Source: an uncultured cyanobacterium
GTDB lineage: Bacteria > Cyanobacteriota > Cyanobacteriia > Cyanobacteriales > Nostocaceae
Length of the DNA stretch: 64,000 nt
Assembly (NCBI GenBank): GCA_963740315.1
Contig: CAVUDP010000002.1
Span: forward strand, 3,360,001-3,424,000
Direction: 5' to 3'
Part shown: positions 1 through 10,778 of the stretch, piece after piece
Layout of the letters: the number at the start of each line of letters is the position of its first letter
How positions within the stretch are numbered: position 1 is the first letter of the stretch
The notes under the pieces: model-generated
What the model was told of the DNA's origin: nothing
Database searches by the model: none
The model's input: the letters and a program-made list of their open reading frames with translations, nothing else
Program-made: the position numbers and the translations under genes

Positions 1-3000
1 CTTTTAGAGGTTGACCGGATGCATCTGTAACTTTTCCTGCAACCCCATATTCCGTTCTCACGGGGAAATCTACACGAGTTACACCAGAAGGAGCAACTTC
101 AGCTACTAAACTGGTTTTGGATACTGCAAGTTCGATGGGTAATTCTTCGGGTTCGAGTTCAATAACGTAAACACCTTCTGGTAAATTACCGACAAAGAAA
201 TTACCCTTAGAATCGGTTTTAGCAGAACCTACACTCTTATTACGAGTATCGTAAATGCGGACAATAGAATTGCTTAAATCGAAGCCTTGTCTTCCTCCTT
301 CCACTGCTAGTTGACCGGAAATTGCTCCACGTTCCTTGCTGATACCACTGTATCTTGCGGGAGTGAATTTACCACCAGCGACAGACATATCGGAAGTTAA
401 AGATAAACTCAAACGACCATCATCAAATGCGTTGAAACTACCTCCTCTAGAAGGTATAGCTTGATAATTGAGTCTGGCAAATAAACCCGGTAGTACCCGC
501 ATACTTGCACCTGCGGTCGGACCTACTTCTCCATCACTCAAAGCCAATCCTACATTCCAACTTAATTTGCTCAGACTCGAAGCATTATGACCGATACCTA
601 CCGAATAACGAGGATCTGCATCCCCACCAAATTCAGAACCGAAGTTTAATTGATAATTACGGTTAAGGTTATATCTTAAATCTGAAATATACGCATCACC
701 ATAAGTATTAAAAGATAATCTTGTGGAACGATTTGGTGTAAAGAAAGCATTAAATAAATAATCGCCAAAAATATCAGGTCTACCACTTAGAGATAGGTTA
801 GAAAACGGACGTGCATAAAAAGTAGGCAAAATATAATCGCTAGAATCGCTATCATCTTTACGACTGCGAGCAATAAATCCTAAATTTAATTTATTACCGA
901 AGCGATATTTCATTTCTAAGCTGTGGTTATACCGTTCTCCATTTGATTCTTCGCCTGTTCTATACTTTTGTGGAAGTGACTGAGAATTAGCATTTATTTC
1001 TAATTTATCAAAGTCCACGTCTAAGTTAGCAGCGTAACCAACTTTATCAAAAGAATTTCCCACACTTGCGGATAAAATAACAGGATTCGCTAAACGCCAA
1101 ACTAAACCTGCTTGTGATTGGAAAGAATTAGGAATTGCTTGTAGAGAACCTTCAAAGGTTAAATTATCGGAAAGTCCTTGACGTAGTTGATAAAAACCAA
1201 CCAATGTACCTTCATCTGTAGAGTTAAAATCGCTGAATAAACTATCTTGAACTAAGTTTCCACTAAAACCCAATCCACCTAACTGTACATTACCTCCTCC
1301 TGGTAATAGTAAATCGGAAGCATTAATTCTAACGGTACGAATATCAATCGGAGCGCGTAAATTGTTACGATCAAAAACTAAAACTTCAACTTGATTACTT
1401 TGCCCAACAGGTAATCTGATATCAAGAAATTCATATATCCCATCGAATCCTACCTGTTGTTCTGCAACTCTAACTCCACCAACTCTTAACTGAACAACGC
1501 TGGTTGGTGGAACTCTACCGCTAAATGTTTGTACGGAACGAGAGCGTCTGGGTAAAAGTTCGTTAGCGCTGTATGTTGGATTAAAATATTCTTTTGGTAA
1601 ATTACTATAACCAAATTGTAAACCTGTAAGATCGAGTCCATTTACAAGAGGATGCAAACCAATTCTTTGACGACCTAATTGATAGCGAAATTGTCCGCTA
1701 CGTTGATAGAAAAAGTATTCAGTTAAATTTGGCTGGTTACGAAAGTTATTATTCATTCGCAAACGCCAAGTACCACCCGCAAGTCTTCCACCTAAAAGTG
1801 AGTTACTCTGTAAAGTTGTATCTCTAGGAGTGTTAACGATATCTAACTGTTGTCTTAACCTGGAAAGTCCGCTACTAGGTGCAAAAAATTCCGGTTGTAG
1901 TTGAGCGTTATTTCGGGGTTGTCTGCTACCACCACGCCAGGGTAAGTCAGCAAGTAAGGTTAAATCGGCTGTGTTTAACTCTAAACTTATATCCAGTTTT
2001 TTCTGAAGTATTTCTTTACTAACGTAAGTTAGACCGTTGATTTGCTTTAATACATCTGGTGAAAATTTAACTATACCTAAAGGTGTTTTAGTTTCAATCC
2101 CACTATTAGCTTTATTAACAGTAAATCCGCCAACTTCCGCAAAAGTTTCTAAAGGAATTAAAAGAGTATTATTTTCTTCAATAATATCTAAAGTTCCAAC
2201 TTCCCGACCGTTAATTACAACGCCAACCAGAAAAGGTTCGCCGGGTATTTGTGCTAATCTAAGAGATTTTTGATCGCGAAGCTTACTTATTAAAGAATTT
2301 CGTAGAGAATTTTTCTTAGAGTTGTTGAGTGCAGTTGCTAATTTTTGGTTATTATTCGGTTTTTGATTGTTATTTGATTTCTTGTCTTCTTCAGGATTAG
2401 AAAGAGCTATTTCCCCAGGCTTTTGAATATCGGTGTTAACAGAATCGTTAATAGTTTTATTTAAAGAAGTAGATATAGAAGCGCTAATTAATTGCTGAAC
2501 AACAGCCAGAATTTTTGCTGTATTCACATTTGTATTGCTAGCAACTTCTTGATTGTTAGCATTACTAGTGTTTTCTTCTAGATTTTGACTATTGCTAGCT
2601 TCTCCGGAACTAGAATTAGAAGCTGTTTCTACAGTATCGCCGATGGTATTGTTGATTGAAGCGTATAGAGAAACGTTGATTAACTGCTGTACTGTCGCCA
2701 GAATTTTACCTATAGCATTCTTTTCAACAGACTTGCTTTCACTCTCAGATTGCTCATTAGTAGAGGCTTTTTCGAGAGGAGTAGGAGAGATTTTACTTTT
2801 AACTGCTGCTTGCTTGTTAGCACTCGAACTTTTAGTAACTGATGAATTCTGTTTTACCGATGTAGTCACAGGTGCAACAGTTGCAAAACCTTTAGCTGGC
2901 TTGTTATTTTGTGTATCAGTTTGAATAATTTCAGACTGTTTATTTTCAGTTGTACAAGGTTTTGTTGAAACAGAATTAGCCAGTATTTTCGTTAGTAAGT

Positions 3001-3127
3001 TATTTACAAGGTCAGATTTTTGCGATTTAACTTGTAGCGATTCACAACCATTATCTTGAGTTGCAGCTTGCGGAGTCAATATACTGACTAGAGGTGGGGG
3101 TGTTGGTGGTAAAGCTAGGTAGAGCAT
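1..3127 (-). CDS. Large outer-membrane usher-like protein with C-terminal carboxypeptidase-regulatory-like (beta-sandwich) repeats; 3' end runs off the window
   Basis: Not in the ORF track. ATG at 3127 reads MLYLALPPTPPPLVSILTPQ..., and the same frame at the left edge reads ...RTEYGVAGKVTDASGQPLK. I translated the ends and sampled the interior, not every codon. Lies downstream of a PapD-like chaperone gene. Confidence 0.75.
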   Translation of the reverse strand, partial: MLYLALPPTPPPLVSILTPQAATQDNGCESLQVKSQKSDLVNNLLTKILANSVSTKPCTTENKQSEIIQTDTQNNKPAKGFATVAPVTTSVKQNSSVTKSSSANKQAAVKSKISPTPLEKASTNEQSESESKSVEKNAIGKILATVQQLINVSLYASINNTIGDTVETASNSSSGEASNSQNLEENTSNANNQEVASNTNVNTAKILAVVQQLISASISTSLNKTINDSVNTDIQKPGEIALSNPEEDKKSNNNQKPNNNQKLATALNNSKKNSLRNSLISKLRDQKSLRLAQIPGEPFLVGVVINGREVGTLDIIEENNTLLIPLETFAEVGGFTVNKANSGIETKTPLGIVKFSPDVLKQINGLTYVSKEILQKKLDISLELNTADLTLLADLPWRGGSRQPRNNAQLQPEFFAPSSGLSRLRQQLDIVNTPRDTTLQSNSLLGGRLAGGTWRLRMNNNFRNQPNLTEYFFYQRSGQFRYQLGRQRIGLHPLVNGLDLTGLQFGYSNLPKEYFNPTYSANELLPRRSRSVQTFSGRVPPTSVVQLRVGGVRVAEQQVGFDGIYEFLDIRLPVGQSNQVEVLVFDRNNLRAPIDIRTVRINASDLLLPGGGNVQLGGLGFSGNLVQDSLFSDFNSTDEGTLVGFYQLRQGLSDNLTFEGSLQAIPNSFQSQAGLVWRLANPVILSASVGNSFDKVGYAANLDVDFDKLEINANSQSLPQKYRTGEESNGERYNHSLEMKYRFGNKLNLGFIARSRKDDSDSSDYILPTFYARPFSNLSLSGRPDIFGDYLFNAFFTPNRSTRLSFNTYGDAYISDLRYNLNRNYQLNFGSEFGGDADPRYSVGIGHNASSLSKLSWNVGLALSDGEVGPTAGASMRVLPGLFARLNYQAIPSRGGSFNAFDDGRLSLSLTSDMSVAGGKFTPARYSGISKERGAISGQLAVEGGRQGFDLSNSIVRIYDTRNKSVGSAKTDSKGNFFVGNLPEGVYVIELEPEELPIELAVSKTSLVAEVAPSGVTRVDFPVRTEYGVAGKVTDASGQPLK

Positions 3128-3308
3128 ACTTGGCACAAAGTTATTAATATTTAGCCTGATACAGGCTGTGAGCAATGAATTGTAGTATTAGTTATATGAA
3201 AAAGCAGATAGATGCAGCTAATAAATAATTAAAAAATTAGTAAATTAATTCAGGGAAGTTGAGAAATTAACTCACCCTGAAAATAGAATAAGTCACTTTA
3301 GAGAATGA

Positions 3309-4214
3309 CTATTTATTTAAAGAAGTCACAGGTAATTTTGCCGGTTTGGGAGTATTCGCTGTAGCTTTAACAGTGAAAGGAATACCTTTGTCGATTGGTG
3401 TTCCACTTAAGTCGGCATTAATATCTAAAACGTAGTTGCCGGGAGGTAAATTTCCAGCTTTTTCAGTTAAATTTTGTAATAACTGACGATTTGTATTTGG
3501 TAAAACGGGTGGTAACTTTAGATTTCCAACTCGGACAACATTTTCAGGTATTTTGTTGGAATTTCCGTTATTTTTTATAAACTGTGTTTCTTTCGCTCCT
3601 GGATATTTAGCAGCATTCCAGATAGCATACTGTCCCGTCATTCGTACATGAGCGTTACCTTTGTTGGAAACATCAAATACTGCATTAATTTCATTGGGTT
3701 TAGTATCAACACTCACAGAATTAACGTTGCCTACTCGCTTTATCTTTCCTGCATAAGCATAGACAACAACACCAATAGCTGCTTTAGTTCCAACTGCATT
3801 TGAATTATTATTAGAAGCAATCTCTTCAAAATATATTACAGCACGATGTTCGCCAGAAGCAGGTTTTATTTTAGGACGAATTGCAAAGCGAAGGGTTTGA
3901 GTTTTTTTTGCTGGGATTGTAAATTTAGAAGGAGTAAAAAGAATCCATTGATCTAAAGATGTCTCGGTGGATGGTATCTCTCTCAACTTATTTTTTTCAT
4001 CCATCGTCCAGTTTTTTACATAAGCCCTCATTTGTACTGGTTTATCAGCATAATTAGTGACTTTAATGCTATTAGAGCGTCCTTTTCTAGAATTAATATC
4101 TAACTCCATACGAGGAGGACTAATACTTACTTCTATTGCTGTCACACTTGATATTTCCCAAGCTATCAAGCCGATTAAACTTAACGCGATCGCTTTTGCT
4201 GTTCTTTGAAACAT
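3309..4214 (-). CDS. PapD-like pilus assembly chaperone
   Basis: Signal peptide, then VSISPPRMEL, WILFTPSKFTIPAKKTQTLRF, GEHRAVIYFEE and NKGNAHVR, all typical of PapD-like chaperones. Likely start is the ATG at 4214. Confidence 0.75.
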   Translation of the reverse strand: MFQRTAKAIALSLIGLIAWEISSVTAIEVSISPPRMELDINSRKGRSNSIKVTNYADKPVQMRAYVKNWTMDEKNKLREIPSTETSLDQWILFTPSKFTIPAKKTQTLRFAIRPKIKPASGEHRAVIYFEEIASNNNSNAVGTKAAIGVVVYAYAGKIKRVGNVNSVSVDTKPNEINAVFDVSNKGNAHVRMTGQYAIWNAAKYPGAKETQFIKNNGNSNKIPENVVRVGNLKLPPVLPNTNRQLLQNLTEKAGNLPPGNYVLDINADLSGTPIDKGIPFTVKATANTPKPAKLPVTSLNK

Positions 4215-4281
4215 TACAAATTTCACTTGCTCACACAACAAATATCAAATTAAAAAAGAAAACAAATCAAAAAATGAAGTT

Positions 4282-4827
4282 TTAGCCGCACTGATTACCA
4301 TTTACTGGTACGCAAACATGAATTCGTCCTCGATATTTATCTGGTACTAAGCTTGATAATTCTCTAAATTCCAAGGTAACTCCACCTGAAATTACAGTAG
4401 TTTGATCGGTGCATTTTTCGATTGTCTCAATAGTACTAAAAGGTTTCGCCTCAAACTTATTTTGCTTGAAAGGATTATTTTCCTCACTGTTAGGTTGTAA
4501 TGTGTATTTAACATCATTAGCATTGATAGGCAAATCTAAATCATTAACCCTGATTTGCCAATATCTTGCGACATTTTTAGTAGCAGTAGATTTATAAGGA
4601 GAATTAGTTGGTAATGATTGTTCTCGATTGTTACCAATTTGTTCTACAAAATCACTATCATCTATCATGTCAGCGGCCGTTAATGTTTGAGCTTCTGCTA
4701 CATTAGATAGCTCATAAAGCTTTGCTTCACACCCAATTGAAGATTGTGCAAATACTTTTGGCTGTGGTGTTAATGAAAGCACTACAAGAATGCTGAAGTA
4801 GGATTTAATGATATTTCGGCAGTTCAT
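4282..4827 (-). CDS. Secreted protein, possible minor pilin
   Basis: Signal peptide, Cys residues, C-terminal strand YRGRIHVCV. Co-oriented within the pilus-like operon. Confidence 0.55.
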   Translation of the reverse strand: MNCRNIIKSYFSILVVLSLTPQPKVFAQSSIGCEAKLYELSNVAEAQTLTAADMIDDSDFVEQIGNNREQSLPTNSPYKSTATKNVARYWQIRVNDLDLPINANDVKYTLQPNSEENNPFKQNKFEAKPFSTIETIEKCTDQTTVISGGVTLEFRELSSLVPDKYRGRIHVCVPVNGNQCG

Positions 4828-5108
4828 TTTTCAAGAAAAGATATATTTTGCTAAGATAATAAAATGAATATGAACTATTAGCCTTTATTTACTATATATG
4901 ACTATAGCTTTATGTCCTAAATTATAATAATTTAAAATCTAAAGGTTTCCAAATAATAGTAAGTCAAATAAATATTATAAATAATCATATAAATTAACTT
5001 GTATTTATCCAGTTATTTATAATATTTAATTGCCGAAATGATTTTTCCGATAAGAAGATGTTGGAAGCAGGCATTTGCCTGCACCATAACTATCAATAGT
5101 AAATCTTC

Positions 5109-5720
5109 TTACGGACTTGTCACTCTGATGGTAATTTCACCTCCGGTGTATGTATTGGAGGCAGAATTATTCGAGTCAGTATTAGCGGCTGTGAAGTCAA
5201 ATGTAAGTGTTGCTGAACCCTCTTGAAAATCATTGCCATTTGCGTTTTCAGTGGCTCTTAGATTTCCTTTTTGTACATCCATCGTTATTACTTGTGATGA
5301 AGTTGAAGTTGGTTCGTCATCAAATCCACCTCCTCCAACAGTTGTTGTTCCGTTCGTCAAAGTTTTTTCAGTTGCTTCAATGACAATATCACTATCGGCT
5401 ACATTGCCCCAAACTTGAAACAAAGTAGGAATTTCTTTAATAATTGTGTTTGTTGGTGTACCTCCAGGTACAACTTCTGACAAAGGATTAACACCTGTTT
5501 TCTCGTTGTAGCTTTCCGTTTGTTCTACAGAACTTCCTCCCACTAAATCTTGTCGGTTAACTACAAATCTTAGATCGCTATAGGTGCGTAGGAAGATTCT
5601 TGGAGTGACTTCTACTTCTACTGGTAAGACAGCAGATTGTGCATTAACGGGTGCAGATGCAATCATAGCGCTACCTAAAGCTGCTGCACTAGCTGCAAAA
5701 ATGCCTAGAATTTTATTCAT
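5109..5720 (-). CDS. Secreted protein, possible major pilin subunit
   Basis: Signal peptide ending VNA-Q, T/S/N/G-rich, C-terminal YTGGEITIRVTSP strand like chaperone-usher pilins. First gene of the operon. Confidence 0.6.
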   Translation of the reverse strand: MNKILGIFAASAAALGSAMIASAPVNAQSAVLPVEVEVTPRIFLRTYSDLRFVVNRQDLVGGSSVEQTESYNEKTGVNPLSEVVPGGTPTNTIIKEIPTLFQVWGNVADSDIVIEATEKTLTNGTTTVGGGGFDDEPTSTSSQVITMDVQKGNLRATENANGNDFQEGSATLTFDFTAANTDSNNSASNTYTGGEITIRVTSP

Positions 5721-6696
5721 CTAAATTCTCTCTGTGGTTTTAGTAAGGTAAATGTTGTTTGTTTGATAGACTCTCTTGTTCTGACTTATCCAAATCGGTT
5801 TGCTAAAGGAAAGATAAAACCTGGAGAATGAAGTTATCGGAATAAAAATACGCACACCTGGATTTATTTTTGGAGCCAATATTCCGGTACAGTATTTTCA
5901 ATAAAAGGCTTTTTAAACCATAACTTTAACTTCATACTTTAATTAAGCGGTTTGATAGATATTCCCTGGTAAGCCGGAGAGTACGGAAAAAACGAAATTT
6001 GGTTATGAAGACAATCAAATTAATTACAATATTATATTTTTTGTAGCATCACCCCCTTTAATAATTCAATGCAAATCTGTCACCATCCAGCCTCGTCTAT
6101 GTAAGTAAATTACTGTTGAAACGACAATTCATAAACGAGATGTAAGGAAATACTTTTACTCGCAGTTCGTTGTAATTGAACTACATATGAATTTGTGATT
6201 ATCGCTTAACTGATGCTGTCGCTTCTTTGATAGAAAGGGAACAAGAGTTTAGAACGTTCATTTTACTAACCGAGCCTGACAAAAGCTAACTGTATTAGTA
6301 ATGGCGTTTTTGTTAGTATATTCTTAGATATATAAAATATTTAGAATACGCTACCTGAATAGGAAAATAACAAAAAAATTGCCATAACAGGTTACAATTA
6401 CTTTTCTATAAACGCACTTTCCTAAACTCCCATATATCTTTTTAGTTTCGTTATCAATCAGCAAATTTATTGAAACTGTTCTTAATAGAACCTTCAGTTA
6501 TTTTGTTGATTGCTTCGTAACAAGTTCACATCAAGAATGTAACCTCTACTCCGGAAAGACACCTTCAGTATTAATATTGAATTTCAGGATAAAATGGTAA
6601 AAAAAATATCAGTGTTGCTACTGAAGGTGAAAGAGTTAGGAGTTAGGAGTTAAGAGTTATAAGTTATTTAACCTTTGACCTTTAACCTGATAGATT

Positions 6697-8136
6697 ATGT
6701 TTCAAGCTACTCGTCGCCGACTTGCTATTTGGTATACTGCCGTGACGGCTGTGTTACTGCTGCTGTTTGCGAGTGGAGTGTATTTGTATGTACGCAGCAC
6801 TTTGATTGAGCGGATTGACGATACTTTGAATCATGTGGTGGAAGTTGTAGAGCGATCGCTGGTTATCGAAGCTGTAAACTCGAATCAAGTTCAACTTCGC
6901 GTTAATTTAGAAGCGAGTTTCCGTGATAATCCTGATAGCCGTGACGACGATCGCATTGATTTAGAATGGTTTAGCCCTACTGGTAAGTTACTTTGGTCAA
7001 CTTTATCTGAACCATTAGATATTCCTATTCATCTCAATCGGATGGGTGAAACTGTACGAGTGGAAAGAGGGGATGAGGGGAAAAGGGGACAAGGGGATGG
7101 GGAGATAGGGAGATGGGGAGATAAACAGATGGGGGCTTCTTCTCCATTGCTGCTGCGACAAGTTAGTCAAAGAATACAAATTGGACGACAAGTTTTAGGA
7201 TATCTGCGGGTGAGTCATCCTTGGTTTGAGGTGACAAAACCTACTCGTCAGTTAATTATTGATTTGGCTTTGGGTATTAGTTTGATGTTAGTTTCTGTTG
7301 CAGCTAGCGGATGGTTTCTTGCCGGGTTAGCAATGCAACCTGTAAGAGAGTCATATCAACACCTCAAACAGTTTACCGCCGATGCTTCTCACGAGCTTAG
7401 AAGTCCGATCGCTTTAATTCAAACTAACGTACAGGTTGCTTTGAATGAGTTGGAAGTAACGCAACCACAAGACGTTAATGTAGAGCATTATCAACAACAG
7501 TTAAAGGTAGTAGAACGATTAACGCAACGTCTTGGTAAGTTAGTCAACGATTTGTTATTTTTAGCACGTCAAGATAGTAGAATCAGCGCTTACGAGTTTT
7601 CAAGTTGTCCTATTGATGCTTTGTTAATAGAGGTAGTTGAAGAACAACGATTACTAGCTGCGGAAAAAAATATTAGTCTTTCGTTGAATTTGATTGATTC
7701 TGTGGAAACCGAAACCAATCCCGAATTACTTGATGATTGGTTTACTTTCATGGGTTACTGGGAACAATTGGTACGCTTATTTACTAACTTGATTGGTAAT
7801 GCTTTACGCTACACCCAAGAAAACGGCAGAGTAGAAGTTGAATTGGCACGCCTAGAAATTTTAAATCGCTCGGTGCTGCAAATTAAAGTAAGCGATAACG
7901 GTATTGGTATTCCATCTGAAGCTTTACCACGCTTATTTGACCGTTTTTATCGAGTAGATCCAGCACGCAGCCACGCATCGGGAAATACTTTTACCAAAAA
8001 CACTGCTGGTTCTGGTTTGGGATTAGCTATCTGTCAGGCAATTATCGAAAATCATCATGGAGTTGTACAAATTGAAAGCACTTTGAGCAAAGGTACAACA
8101 GTTACTGTCACTTTGCCAATTGTTCTTGAGTCTTAA
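6697..8136 (+). CDS. Membrane sensor histidine kinase (HisKA + HATPase)
   Basis: Two TM segments, H-box FTADASHELRSP, N-box NLIGNALRY, G1 DNGIGI, G2 GSGLGLAI. Confidence 0.95.
   Translation: MFQATRRRLAIWYTAVTAVLLLLFASGVYLYVRSTLIERIDDTLNHVVEVVERSLVIEAVNSNQVQLRVNLEASFRDNPDSRDDDRIDLEWFSPTGKLLWSTLSEPLDIPIHLNRMGETVRVERGDEGKRGQGDGEIGRWGDKQMGASSPLLLRQVSQRIQIGRQVLGYLRVSHPWFEVTKPTRQLIIDLALGISLMLVSVAASGWFLAGLAMQPVRESYQHLKQFTADASHELRSPIALIQTNVQVALNELEVTQPQDVNVEHYQQQLKVVERLTQRLGKLVNDLLFLARQDSRISAYEFSSCPIDALLIEVVEEQRLLAAEKNISLSLNLIDSVETETNPELLDDWFTFMGYWEQLVRLFTNLIGNALRYTQENGRVEVELARLEILNRSVLQIKVSDNGIGIPSEALPRLFDRFYRVDPARSHASGNTFTKNTAGSGLGLAICQAIIENHHGVVQIESTLSKGTTVTVTLPIVLES
7066..7135 (+). repeat. G-rich 8-nt STRR tract lying in frame inside the kinase gene
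   Basis: GGGGACAA/GGGGAGAT-type units encode RGDEGKRGQGDGEIGRWGDKQMG. Confidence 0.7.
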
Positions 8137-8460
8137 TTATTCACAGGAAAAATGTTTCGACTGACAGATACAAATTGCTTCTAGTGACAGATGCAAATGA
8201 GTAACTCTACCTACTAATGTGGTTGATAAAGCTTGAAGAATAGAATTAATCATCGATCGAGGTACTTGCAGTTTGATATCAATAGGTAATAGTTAAATAA
8301 TAGATAGGATAATTTTATCCTAACTACTTTTTAGTGCAGATTATTAACATTTACTTTTTTGATAACTTTTTTGTAGCAGCCCTACAAGTTGCCCTCTTTA
8401 CTTTTGATGAAAATAACTTCAGCTAAATATACATAAAAATAAAGCTTTCAGGAGGGTAAA

Positions 8461-9309
8461 ATGCCTATTAGTTTAAGAGAAGATGTTGCCTTTATTATAC
8501 TCAAAAAAATTAAAGATAGCGGTTCGGGAATGCACGAAATTGGCTTCACCGCAACTGACTTTACTGGTAGAGGATTAACCGAAAGTGACTTTATGGGTCA
8601 TTTAGATTATCTGAATCAAAAGCAGTATATCCAAGCAAAGTTTTCGGGAAATGCATACGCCAATCAAGAAGATGTTCCTGATGCAGTAAACCCAGATGAA
8701 GTTGGTGCTAGAGTTGCCAACACTTTCGGTGCTGAAGATGGTCCGCTTCCTCACTTAATTAAATTTGAAGAGGCAAAGTTAACCCCGAAAGGAGAAAAGT
8801 TACTTGAAAAAATGGAGGCTAATCCTCCTCAAGCTTTAGATCAAGGTCCGGCGAGTCGAATAGCTACCAAAGATATGCCTTTCTTAGAAAAGGTAATGCT
8901 TAAGGGCAGTTTAAATGATATTTTCGATGCCAGAGATATCAGCGAAGTGGTATTCCGTACCATGCGCGATATGATGACTACCGAAGCATCTGAAAGGGTT
9001 TCTCAAGAATTGCACGAGCCAGCGGAACCCACTAAAGATAAGGCTTTGCAAAATGAAATTGCCGATTTATGGAAAGACACTAACCCGATTGTGGCTTTCT
9101 TAAGCAAAGTTCGTCCGCCTTTAAAAATTAAATCTGATACTTTCTTATTCCGCATTCGTCAAGAAGGTAGTTTACAAAGGGATGTAGACGAAAAAATGGT
9201 AGTTAAAGCCGTTTTTTCAGCAACTAAAGACGAATTGTCTGAAGAGCGCATTAAGGAAATTAAAGAGTTTTTACCCGATGAAATTCTTAAATTGTGGCAA
9301 GAAGCTTAA
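8461..9309 (+). CDS. DUF2267-domain protein with an extra N-terminal domain
   Basis: C-terminal FLEKVM...EVVFRTMRD...AVFSATKDELSEERIKEIKEFLP resembles DUF2267. Confidence 0.65.
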   Translation: MPISLREDVAFIILKKIKDSGSGMHEIGFTATDFTGRGLTESDFMGHLDYLNQKQYIQAKFSGNAYANQEDVPDAVNPDEVGARVANTFGAEDGPLPHLIKFEEAKLTPKGEKLLEKMEANPPQALDQGPASRIATKDMPFLEKVMLKGSLNDIFDARDISEVVFRTMRDMMTTEASERVSQELHEPAEPTKDKALQNEIADLWKDTNPIVAFLSKVRPPLKIKSDTFLFRIRQEGSLQRDVDEKMVVKAVFSATKDELSEERIKEIKEFLPDEILKLWQEA

Positions 9310-9599
9310 TATTAAAAGTTAGGAGTTAGGACCACCGGAGTTATGAGTTAAAAATAATTTAACCTTTGACCTTTAACCTTTAACCCGATTGGGAGTTAGG
9401 AATTAATATAATTCCTAGCTCTTATTTTTTGGTTTAAAATACGGCGTTAGACTTAGAGGATGTTTGAAAAGTTAGGAATTAGAAATTAGGAATTAGGAGT
9501 ACTTCGACAAGCTCAGTAACCTTATTGAGTTAGGAATTATGTAGGAGTTAGGAATTTTTATTTCTACCCCCTCTACCCCATCTCCCAATACCCAAAAAC

Positions 9600-10688
9600 T
9601 TATTTTTTCATCATTTGAGTAACGCGATCGCGCAACATCACTTCTTTTCTGCTGTCTTCAAGGGTTTTTGCTAAAGTAATTGCTCTTTCGTAAAAGTTAC
9701 GGGCTGTAGAGTAATTACCAAGTTTCTCGTATATTTGAGCGTAGGATTCAAAGGAATTTAATTCTTCCCGCAGGTTTCGCAAGTCTTTTGCAATTGCTAG
9801 CCGTTTTTCTAATAATTCAATTGCACTATTGTACCGTCCTACCGAACCATAAGCAGTTACTAATCCATCAATTGCTCGTAATTGATTCTGGTTATCTCGT
9901 GTTGTTTTGGCTAGTCTTAATGCTGCTCCATAAGTACTCACTACGTCTTGATAAGTACCGACGAGTGCGTAAGCTTCACCTAGATTATTTAAAGTATTTG
10001 CTTCACCGATCGGATCGCCTGTTTTTCGCCGATAATTAAGAGCATTCTTATAAAGTTTAACCGCTTTATTGTAATCACCTACTCTTGCTGATGCTAATCC
10101 CAAATTACTCAAAGATATTCCGTAACCTTCAGTGCTGTTAAGGTTTTGAGAAATTCTTAATGCTTGTTCAAAAGTTTGCAAAGCAGTTTTAAATTCGCCT
10201 TTTTGTAGCAGTAAAGTACCGATATTATTTAGCGCAAAAATCTGACTTTGAAAATCTTTGGTGTCGCGGGCGATCGCCAATCTTCTCCGGATAGCGTCTT
10301 CGGCTTTTTTATACTGCTTTAGCTGCACGTAACCTTTACCTAAAAATTCGTAGGTTAAACCAAGTGCATCCAAATCGCCGATTGAATGATAAATTTCTTG
10401 TGCCTGCAATAAAGACTCTACTGCTTTGTCGGGGTTTCCCTGGATATGTTGTGTTTCACCCAAACGCAGCAAAGTATCTGCTTCATCTCTCGATTGCAAT
10501 AAGACTTTTTTATCTATCGCCGGATAATGTAGTTGTTCGGTAATGTCAGCGGCAGTAGCAACTATAGGACTTAACAATAAAGAAAATAGTAAAAAACTCA
10601 AAGCATTACGCAGTTTTAAAGACGATTGCTTTCGAGTGTATGGTGATGGTTGAATTTTGACGAATGCTAGTAGATTCCACTGTTTCAT
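9600..10688 (-). CDS. Tetratricopeptide repeat protein (secreted)
   Basis: Signal peptide and repeated TPR motifs (ALNNIG, SLSNLG, TLNNLG). Confidence 0.9.
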   Translation of the reverse strand: MKQWNLLAFVKIQPSPYTRKQSSLKLRNALSFLLFSLLLSPIVATAADITEQLHYPAIDKKVLLQSRDEADTLLRLGETQHIQGNPDKAVESLLQAQEIYHSIGDLDALGLTYEFLGKGYVQLKQYKKAEDAIRRRLAIARDTKDFQSQIFALNNIGTLLLQKGEFKTALQTFEQALRISQNLNSTEGYGISLSNLGLASARVGDYNKAVKLYKNALNYRRKTGDPIGEANTLNNLGEAYALVGTYQDVVSTYGAALRLAKTTRDNQNQLRAIDGLVTAYGSVGRYNSAIELLEKRLAIAKDLRNLREELNSFESYAQIYEKLGNYSTARNFYERAITLAKTLEDSRKEVMLRDRVTQMMKK

Positions 10689-10778
10689 ATAAATTTCCCG
10701 TGAAAAATTAGTTTTAAGTAAAAGAATTTACAAAAAAAGGAAATCATTACCAGCATGAATTCGTAAATATCCGCATTT

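Noticed and set aside
5721..6696. NtcA boxes in the long intergenic region
   Set aside because: The GTA...TAC candidates I checked (about 6101 and 6172) have 7-nt spacing, not the required 8.
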